Shown: positions 54,051-64,000 of the stretch, one piece after another
Layout of the letters: the number at the start of each line of letters is the position of its first letter
Numbering within the stretch: the stretch's first letter is position 1
DNA from: Nageia nagi
Taxonomy: Eukaryota > Plantae > Pinophyta
NCBI GenBank assembly: GCA_050084985.1
Contig: JBITNC010000002.1
Location: forward strand, 22,072,001 to 22,136,000
Reading direction: 5' to 3'
Length of the DNA: 64,000 nucleotides
Notes under the pieces: generated by a model
The model's database searches: none
What the model was told of the DNA's origin: nothing
Seen by the model: the letters and a program-made list of their open reading frames with translations, nothing else
Translations under genes and position numbers: made by a program

Positions 54051-56585
54051 GCATATTAAGATCAATAACAAAAGGAAAGAACTAGATTACATCTTGAGAT
54101 ACTCACTACACATTAAAATTACTAACATTGTTGATAGAAAGACATGGGATATCATAGAGATGAACTCGTTAGGTAAAGTAGAGTGGAAGAAAATATCTAG
54201 AACCCAGAGACATGTAAACAAATTTAAAACTCTAAAAAACCATGCTAATCTATCTCCTAATACTGATATTTTAACAAATTATATTAACAATACCCCATCC
54301 CTCTGTATTAAGATTTGTTATAGTAAAGATTTTGTTAAGTAGCATTTCTCCTATGTTGTAAATTAGTACATTCCCTAATAACCTAGAGACATTAATGTAC
54401 AAAGATCATACATGCAACAATAATAATCAAGATAGTTTATCTATCTCATCTCCTTGTTCCTCTTTTATAATTGATTTATCTTCTTCATCTTATAATACAC
54501 ATATATCACCCTATGTGATGCACTCTACTTCTCCCACTCTTAGTCATATAAATGATTTAGTGGTTAATATTACAATGCATGCCTATAAATTTTGATACAT
54601 CTATTGTCAAAGGTGTTGTCAATCTCACTAGTTTTGTTTTTAAGTAATCATGCTATAAAAAGTTTGAATAAAAGTCTCAATTTTGCTATCACTCCTAAAC
54701 AAATTCCCTATGAGAAATTCATTTGTGGTATAAAGTTAGCTATTAAATACCTTCTATATACTATGGCTAAAAATATTCTCCAATACTGTATAAGAGTATT
54801 AAAGAAGGAAAAACCACCCAAGAAAAATATTTCCAAGCATGAAGAGGTTGCCTTAAGAGAATTGAAAAATGAAAAGGATATTGTCATTATTAAATAAAAT
54901 AAAATAAATGTAACTATATTTATTTATGTTAATGGCTACCATGCAAAAATGTTGGATCATCTTATGTATTCAAGATGCTACAAGAAATTGAACACAAACC
55001 CCTTCAATAAAATAGTCAATAAAGTAAAGAAATCTATCATAGTTTAATTTGTATATGAGGAAAGTAATAAAATATTAATAACTAAAATATTATTATAGAT
55101 AGGATATATGGGACCCCAAAAATACATAAAGGAGTTCTAATTAGGTCCATTGTGGAAACCATTGACTCTCCAACATATGAGTTAGCTAAATATTTAGCCA
55201 AATAAAACTTAAATTCTTATAAGGTAAACCATCATCATACACTAATAACTATGAATATTTTGTAAGGAAGATAAATAATCACAAAGTTAAGGATGGTGAT
55301 ATTTTAGTTAGTTTTGATGTTGTTTCCTTATAGAAAAAATCCCTACAGATAAAGCATTAAAGGTTATATCTAACTTAGTAAGATGTGAAACATTATGATT
55401 GATTAAAATATGCCTATAAACTACATTTTTTAGTTATCAAGGGGATTTTTATGAACAAGAGCATAGGGTAGCAATGGCCTCTCCATTATCACCTATTGTT
55501 TCCAACTTATATATGAAGTGGTTTAAAAGCAAGGCTCTTGATTCATTTCCTTTAAAAATAAAATGGTGGGATAAATACATGGATGACATAAATATGAATT
55601 GGTCACATGGAAAATATTCACTTGAGGATTTTGATAACCACCTTAATTCAATTCATGAGAAGATTCCTTTCCTTAATGTGCTAGTTTATAAAAAGAATAA
55701 TGGCTAGCTTCATTTCCTTGATGTGGTAATTTTTAAAAAGGATAATGGGGAGATGGGGCATGAGGTATACATAAAAAAGACACATTCAAATATATATTTG
55801 CATGCCTCATATCATCATCATTATGCTCAAAAGATAAGGGTTCTCAATATTCTTATGACTAGAGCCCTTAAAATTTTTGGTAATGAGCATATACATAAGG
55901 AGAAGATGCATTTAACTAAAGCACTAATGAGAAATGGTTACTCCATTAAAGAGATTAGAAATGTATGAAATATGATAGAAAGAGGAAAAATTAATGAGAT
56001 ACAAGACTATAATAATACTAATTCTTGAATTGAGATTCAAATCTATGAAGGACCTTATAGGACCCTTGCAACATAAATATGTATATAAGATAATATGTGA
56101 GTGTGTAACTTATTGCATTAGTGAAACAGGTAGGTTAATACATGCAAGAGTTAAAGAACATTATGCAAATTTATAATATAATAAAATAATTAAGTTCTCC
56201 TTTGCTAAAAATGTGGATAAGATAGTTAAATATTATATACTCATGGGCAAGGTTGAAGTCTTGACTAGATGTGACAAATTCCATGAACAAAGGATTAGAA
56301 AAGCTATTAAAACTAAACTTAACCCTAATAATATCAATGAATACTAAGGTTCTAAAATTATTAGGACTTGGTTACCTGTTATATACCTTATTCATGAACA
56401 TAGAAGGAAAAATAATATGACACAAAAATAGCTATAAATTTTATATTTTAAATCATTTTTTCATGTTTTATACATTGTTGGAAAGATATTTTATGTAGAA
56501 TTTAACTATATTAATTTATTTAGTTTTTATTTATTAATTTATTTTTATGATATAAGGTTGACTTATTTTTATTCTTATCGACATA
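54051..56585 (+). mobile_element. Penelope-like element with GIY-YIG (Dryad-like), degenerate, copy 2
   Basis: MASPLSPIVSNLYM, KYMDD, YIKKTHSNIYLHASYHH, RNGYS, VYKIICEC..CISETGRLIHARVKEH. It is the reverse-complement paralog of 38540-41210. Confidence 0.88.
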
Positions 56586-56589
56586 AAAA

Positions 56590-57455
56590 TATCTCCCTAG
56601 TTTCTTATGAGGTGAAGTTGTGAACATTGCAATCTACACCTTGAATAGGTGTGACATGAAAGTAGTTGAAGGAAAAACCTCATATGAGGTATGGATGAGA
56701 AAGAAACCTAACATCTCTCACCTTAGGATTTTTGGTTGTGATTCCTATGCCTACATTGTTTCTAAGAAAAGAAAGAAGTTGGACAAGATATTTGAGAGTG
56801 TATCTCTATGGGTTATGACATTCAACATAGAGGCTATAAGCTTTATTCTTCTTCCTCCAAAGTAGTCTTCATATTGAGGGATGTAAATTTTAATGAAATT
56901 CTTGAGCAATTTTCTTCTTGTGAGGACCTAGATGATCTTGATGAATCTTTTGTTGAACTTAATTATATATATATCAATGTAGATAAGTCATTTCAGGAGA
57001 AACATTCTTCAACACAAAGGATAACGAGAAGTATTACCTTAAAAAAATCCTTATTTTTCAAAATTGATAGCAATAATGAGCCCTCAAAGTTCAAAAAAGA
57101 TTCAAAGCATGAATGTTGCATGGAAGTCATGAAAGTGGCTTATGAGGCTTTGATGAAAAATCAAACTTGGAACTTCGTTCTCTATCCCAATGAATGAAAT
57201 GTGATTAGCAATATGTGGATTTACAAGATCAAATATAATTCAGTTGGGAAAATTGAAAAATACAAGGAAAGGTTAGTAGTCAAGGGTTTCACTTAGAAAT
57301 ATGAAGTTGATTATAAGAAAACCTTTCCCTAGTGACAAATATGTCGATAGTCAAGTTAATCCTTGCTTCTTTAATAGCTTAGGGATGGAATGTTTATCAA
57401 CTTGATGTCAAGAATTATTTTCCAAATGGTGACATAAATGTGGAGATCTACATGA
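56590..57455 (+). mobile_element. Ty1/copia element B, integrase C-terminus and N-terminal RT (inside the inverted block)
   Basis: YTLNRC..TSYEVW..KPNISHLRIFGC; GYKLY; EALMKNQTW; WIYKIKYN; RLVVKGF; YQLDVKN..NGDI..EIYM. Confidence 0.85.
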
Positions 57456-57459
57456 ATTT

Positions 57460-59483
57460 CAACCCTAGAGCAACAAAAATGGGTGACCAAATTATTAGAG
57501 TATGATTATGAGATAGTGTATTCAAAGGGGAAAGAAAATATGGTGGTTGAAGCCCTTTCACATAAATTTGAAGAATCAATAGCTTTATAAGCATTATCTT
57601 CATCAATTCCTAGTTGGATAGAACAAGTTAAATAAGAGTGGGCCCAAGATGACTCTACTTAGATATTAATCAACCAAATTCAGATTAACCTTACTAGCCA
57701 TCCAAATTTTTCTTGACAAGATGGAATCATATGATTCAAGAGTTGTATTGTGCTACCTTCCACATCTGAATGTTGGGAGATGATAGTTAAGGACCTACAT
57801 TCTACACCATTAGTGGTACCTTCAAGGTTTTAAAGACTTATAAAAGAGAAACTTAGTATTTTTATTTAGTAGGTATGAAATAAGACATTAAGAAATCTTT
57901 TACTAAATTTGACATCTATCAACATCGAAAGGGAGATACTGCTAGTACTTTAGGATTGCTCTAGCCTTTACCTATCCCTACTTGCACTTGGAATGATATT
58001 TTGATAGATTTCATTGAAGGTCTTTTGAGGTCTCACACCAAATTTGTTATCATGATGGTGGTCGACAAGTTGTACAAATATGCGCATTTTTGTTCCTTAG
58101 ATCATCCATTCAAAGCTATTAATGTGGTCCAACTTTTTATTGATAATATCGTTAAACTTCATGGTATGCCATCTACCATAGTCAACTATTAAGATCCAAC
58201 CTTTATTAGTAAATTTTTGAAGGAATTTTTCAAGCTTCAGGGACCTTAACTCAACATGAGTTCTACATATCACCCCCAAATCAATGGTAAGATAGAAATT
58301 ATTAATAAATGTTTGGAGATTTATTTTCTTTATTTCACATCTACACAACTAGTTCATTGGGTTAGGTGGCTACCCTTGGTAGAATGGTGGTATAATACTT
58401 CATACCACATGGCTATCAAAATGATCTTTCATGAAGCATTGTATGGATAGGCACCACCCGTTGTATCCTCTTATGTTCTAGGCAACACAAATGTTGAAGA
58501 GGTTGACATAGAATTAACCACTTGGGTGGATAGCTATCATATTTTATAGAAAATTTTATAGATTGCTCAACATCAAATGAAATAATAGGTTGATCAGTAA
58601 CAAATTGAGAAGGAATTTTAAGAAAATTATATGATCTTTCTACAACTTCAACCATATCATCAAAAATCTCTCAAGAATAAAGAATCTCAAAAATTAGCTC
58701 CCAAATTCTATGGGCCTTACAAAATTCTTGAACACATTGGGCTAGCTACATATAAGTTGGAGTTATTAGTATCCTCTAAGATTCACCCAATATTTCATGT
58801 TTCATGTCTTAAGAAGGTGTTGGGATCAAATATTCAAGCTCAGATAGACTTACCATAATTCACAGATAAGGGGGCCATCAATTTGTAACCTAAAGTAAGT
58901 TTAGAATAAAACACTCATTAGCTTTGTAATTGTACCATCATTAAAGTCCTTATCTAGTGAGGTGGCTTAGCAACTAAAGATGTAACTTAGGAGTCAACAT
59001 ATAAAATTTAGAAAGAGTTTTCAAATTTTCAACTTTGATGACAAAGCTCATTTCCAAGAGGGGTGGCATGTTAGGATCCCACATCCTAACATTTAATTAG
59101 GTTTAATTATGATTAGTAGTTATCAAATTATGCTGACTTGTTATGTGAATCATCATATTTGTAAGGCAAATCACCATTTTGAATTATACCACCAAATTAA
59201 GTTTAGTGTAAGGAGTCTATAAATATTTGTAAGAGGGATAAAAAGAAGCATCTTAAAAAATAAGTTATCTTTTGATTTGTAAGGAGGAATCCCCCTCAAA
59301 GCAACCTAGGATTCATATTGCTATCATTAAAATTATTTTGTTATGTTATCTTGTTGTGAATCTGAGTTCATTGTTCCATTTTCTTTACTTGTTGCATTTC
59401 AAATTTGTTAGCTATTTCATATTTCAGCATTTCTATTAGTATTTGGTGTAAAATTGCTTTTTGATTCTTCTAGGTTCTTAACA
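57460..59483 (+). mobile_element. Gypsy copy 2, 3' part: end of RNaseH, integrase, chromodomain remnant, PPT, 3' LTR (59069-59483)
   Basis: EQQKWVTKLL; DFIEGL..VVDKL.KYAHF; SSTYHPQ.NG; KLAPKFYGPY..AYKLEL..IHPIFHVSCLKK. PPT gaggggtggca precedes an LTR with ends tgttagg...ttcttaaca. Confidence 0.88.
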
Positions 59484-62160
59484 ACTCCTTACTCTAAATA
59501 TTCTCCATGGTATTCCTTCTTGATACTTCAAATTCTCAAGTTGTGCATTACCCTTGAATTAGATTATCGATACTTTACCAATTGCTCCATCACTCAACAA
59601 TCAATCACCTTTAAAGAAGATTGTTTGTACTTATATGATTCTTATATACATCTTCATCTTTTTTGCTCTTCTAAAATTCTTTTCAAGTTTCAGATTCTAG
59701 GAATGTTATTTTTGATGCAATTCAAGAGTTAGATTTTTTTATTGCTCTTATCTTCAAATATTGTAACTCTAGAATATCCTATGGTTCTTGTTTAGTTTTA
59801 GAGGTTTCTACCTTTTTATAGGACTATTCCTTAATTATTTTCATTATTGAATCTTCCTAGAAATGTTTTTCACTATAGTTACTTCCATGTCCCTTTATCT
59901 TCGGATCCTGGTATAACAATTCCTTCTAGGCTTTCTTTTTTCATTGGGCATTCACCATTAAATTTTTCTTAGAATTTATTCTTTTTAGCTTCCTCCCTTT
60001 TTATCTTTTATCTTTAGATCTAGATATCACAATTCCTTCTAAGATTTCTTTTTCCATTGGGCATTCACCATTAAACTTTTCTCATAATTTATTCTTCATT
60101 GCTTTATCCCTTTGGATCTCTTAACTCTCATTTCTATTAGTCTTAGATGCACTCGAGATAGACTTTTCCATAGCTCTAACTTTCAAAAATAGCCAAAATT
60201 TAGTATTCTAAGATAAACTTAAAAATCAACCCATGTAATGACCTTTGGAAGTGTTCAAAAATCTTATTGTTGGGTTGTATAGTTAGGGTATTTTTTAGGA
60301 AGATAATTTTCATTTTAATGTGCTAAGGGTTACCTCTTTGTGGAGGATGTTCCTCAATAGCTTCCATCCCTTGAATTTTTATTACAACAAAGAATGATGG
60401 AAAGAATAAAGAATGGAAAGAATAGTATTACCACATGGTATGTTTTTTGGAATTGAAAGAATCCTTCCCTAATATCTTAAGGCAAAAGAACAAACATATA
60501 TATGCATTGATTGTTATTTAGTTTGAATTTTGATAGAATTTCAATTGAATTTTCATTCGTAAATAGTTTCTCTTTCTGTAATTTCATCATCAAGCAAAGG
60601 AATTCTTGTCTTTCTTGAGCCTTGTGTGCTTTTACTATCAAATATATCAATAGATCATCATATTCAACAAACAAATTAGTAGCTTTAGTGTCAACATAAA
60701 TATCATCACTAACATTTTCAATATCCTCATTATCTATAATATAATCATCATTAAATCCATCTAGTAATCCTTCTTTTTCTTCAAAATGAACATCTTTATC
60801 ATAATTTTGTCTTTCTTGGAAAATCTCATTATTTACACAAGTCATTTTTCCACTTTCTATAAGTTCATACTAACACATCCATTAGTTGAATGATATTTAA
60901 CTTGATTACATAATTAATAATTGTTTTCTTTATACCAATTAGGTTCCATTTTTTTGTCAACATATTCTCTTTTTTGTTTTGTTTTGATAAATCCTCCTAC
61001 TAAATAAATTTGGAACATCTTTGTAGGATTCATAGGAAGCTTGTAAAATTATTTTTTGTTTCATTCTTCCTAGTATAAGTATCAATGGAAATATTCTCCT
61101 CTTCATCATTTGCATCAACTTCACTAGCATCATCTTCTAGAAGTAATAAACCATCATCTTCATTTACCAAAGAATATAATAGTTGAGATATCTTAGATGC
61201 TTTATCTAGAACATTTTCATTATTAATGTTACTAATGAAGCTACAAAAGTTTCCTTTTATAATCATAGTTTTTGTTAAACATGTAAGTGGAACTTTCTTT
61301 AAAAATAAATAATCAATACTAATGTCATTGTAAAGAGTGTTAATAGCATGAGTGAAAATAGTAAGAACATTATGAGTAGAACTAGGATTATCCTTTGAAA
61401 GTACATCATCATGACTATCATTGCCATTTATTTATTCATTGGGATCAATATCATCATAAGAATCATAATCATTAGCATCATTCAAATCAATATTATCATT
61501 GAAATCATCATTGAGAGTATCATTAGAATCAATATTATCATTGATATTATCACTATGAGAAGCATTAGAATCATATTTAATATCATTATTATTATTATTA
61601 TATTTATCATTTTGTTCAACAACTATGATAGTAACATTGTGTGCTTTATGATAATAAGAAGGGAAAAATATTTCTCCTCTAATTTTGAAATCATATTTGA
61701 GTAATTTGGTCATGAGATATTAAGGAATACACCTAAAATCCATGATATATGAAAAATATATCTTTCCTATGAATATATATGATTTGGGCTTAATTTTATG
61801 ATGCTAGACCTCATCAACTTTGAGAAAATGACTTGAAATTATAGGGTTTCTTATAAGAATATTTTGTTCTCAACCAAAACCCTTAAGTAAAAGCATTCAA
61901 TACTCCTAATTTCATCTTCCAAAAGTTTCCAACCATGGATATCTAAGGTTTAGGCAAAGTTTTAGGGCATAAACATCCACCAAATCTTCAAAAATTAGGT
62001 TTAAAATTCATATTTTTTACCAAAAAACATTTACAAAATAAAAAGACCTTTAATTTTACAATAATTTAAAATTAAAAATATTTTCTAATTTTGTGGAAAA
62101 TTGAGAAAAATAAAGAGAAAACAAAACCTAGGTCTTCCTATGAAAGAATTTACAAAAAAT
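59484..62160 (-). mobile_element. Highly decayed retroelement-like region with Asp/Asn-rich low-complexity ORF remnants
   Basis: A chain of minus-strand D/N/E-rich ORF pieces spans 60477-61713. There is an internal duplication at ~59915-59990 / 60030-60100 and a possible LTR terminus tgtgatgccc at ~62159. No diagnostic domain was recognised. Confidence 0.3.
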
Positions 62161-64000
62161 GTGATGCCCTAAAAATAAATATTATGGAGTAGGTTAGAGT
62201 AGCACTTCTATACAAGCCCTAATTAGCAAATGGAAATGTAAATACGATGAGTGCCAATATGTTGAACATTTTTAGTGACCCCTAAAGGTGATATACGTGG
62301 ATACTAAGTTAAATATTCATATTCAATTATGCACATTATATTTTTTGATTAACAATAACAACAATAATCTAAAGTATAATAGAGATGTGTATGTATAAAT
62401 GAAATAATTTGACTATTGAATCAAAATAGCATCCATACACTATTGAGAACGGAATTGAGATAAGATAAATACTTGTCACTTTTCCTAGGAAGTCAAATCT
62501 ATATGCAAATAGGAACTTGTCGAGAGGATGACCTTGGTATGCGAATCCCCTCTAGTGAATGTAACTATTTGAAACCTTAGCATGCATGTTAACAATATAT
62601 ATGCCAATAGTAGCATGGATGTTAAGCCTCCAATATTAGTTTGGATGATAAGGCTCTTGTAGATAGAGTATTGTAACCAAGATCCAAAGCAATTAAATAA
62701 AACAACAAGCCTAGTTTAGCATATAATAGTGAATGATGGAATAATAAATGCTCGAGTGATGATAAAATTCAAATCTCAACAGGTGGTGTTGAAGGATACC
62801 TAAATCACAAGTGGTACGTATTGGCTATAAAGATTAAATCTTGATTCTTTCCCATGTAATACCTTAACCTTTATAACTGCAAGAGGATCACCATAATGTG
62901 CATCTATAACCCAACATTGATGCTAGTGTACCTTGCAATACAAAATATAGATTTACATGAGGTGTTTAAGTGGTTCTACATAAAGAATATAACATAATTA
63001 TAGCATATAGTGATCCAATATAAAGTTGAACTTAATAAGGACACCTAAAAGTGGACAAAATTAAGTGTCAACACATATACATAGAAATAAGTGAAATAAC
63101 ATATGTTATATTTGGTCTAGTATTTTTGAGAAATGTTAAGCTCCCAAAAATGCTCCTGTACTCAGTTACATTAGAATTTTTCAGCCCCATAATCTTTGCA
63201 CAACAACTCACCATGAGTAATAGGAGTGGGAACTAATTTGTAATTTTTAATGCCATACTTTTCCAAGATATCCTTTGTATATTGACTTTGGAAAATGAAG
63301 AATTTATACTTAATTTATTTTACCTATATGCCAAAATAATAATTTATCAATCCTATATCCTTCATTTCAAACTCACTCATCATGGTAGACTTAAAATTGT
63401 TAATTAAATTGGAACTATTACCCATATGAATCAAGTTCTTAACATATAAATAAATAAGAAAAATATCATCACCTTCTTTCTTAAATATAGAGTAGGTTCT
63501 CTATTTCTCCTCTTGAATCCACTTTAATGAAATAATCCATCAATTTATGCGAACCAATCTCTTGGTTCTTACTTAAGGCCATACAAATCCTTCTTCAACA
63601 TGTATACATGTTTTTCTTTACCTTTGAATTCAAAACCTTGAGGTTACTATACATAGACTTTCTCATCCAAGTACCCATTCAAGGAGGCACTTTTTACATC
63701 TATATGATGTATAGTCCAACCATTTTGATCAACCAAAGAAAGCATCATTCTCATAGTTTCTTACATAGTTATAGGTGCAAAAATTTCTTCATAGTCAATT
63801 CCATGCCTTTGTATGAATCCTTTAGCCAAAAGCCTAGCCTTGTATCTTTCAATTTTTCCATCACTATTATACTTAATCTTATAGATCCATTTGAAACCCA
63901 CACCTTTATTATAGATACAAGCTTCTATGTATCATTTTTTTTATAGATTTTATCTCTTCATGCATAGCTTACATCCAAACACCATTAGTACAAACTTCTT

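Noticed and set aside
60477-61713. Asp/Asn-rich ORFs as host genes
   Set aside because: They are fragmented, low-complexity and AT-decayed, with no splice structure or recognisable domain.

Overview
AT-rich, transposon-dominated plant nuclear DNA, most likely from a conifer or other gymnosperm. That assignment is inferred from a Taxus-type BAHD gene and GIY-YIG Penelope-like elements of the conifer Dryad kind. There are two host loci. One is an intact two-exon DPM2 gene (+, 27615-27999), apparently preceded by a long, less-decayed 5'UTR intron. The other is a BAHD acyltransferase (-, 35204-37396) with a frameshift and eroded motifs, probably a pseudogene. The rest is heavily C>T/G>A-decayed nested Ty1/copia, Ty3/gypsy, L1, CACTA/MITE and Penelope-like (PLE) sequence. 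Highlights: (1) an endonuclease-less PLE (-, ~47308-50121) with an upstream zinc-knuckle ORF, a 3' minimal hammerhead ribozyme and plant-telomere motifs at its 3' end, sitting inside a copia; (2) a duplicated PLE-gypsy chimera whose second copy was rearranged by a reconstructable ~4.1 kb inversion; (3) an L1 with a twin-priming-like 5' inversion; (4) an ORF1-only L1; (5) a ~35 bp plastid/bacterial-type 23S rRNA snippet (I-CeuI site) fused to a gypsy fragment. All calls come from reading the sequence by eye; no searches were run, and most element boundaries are approximate.
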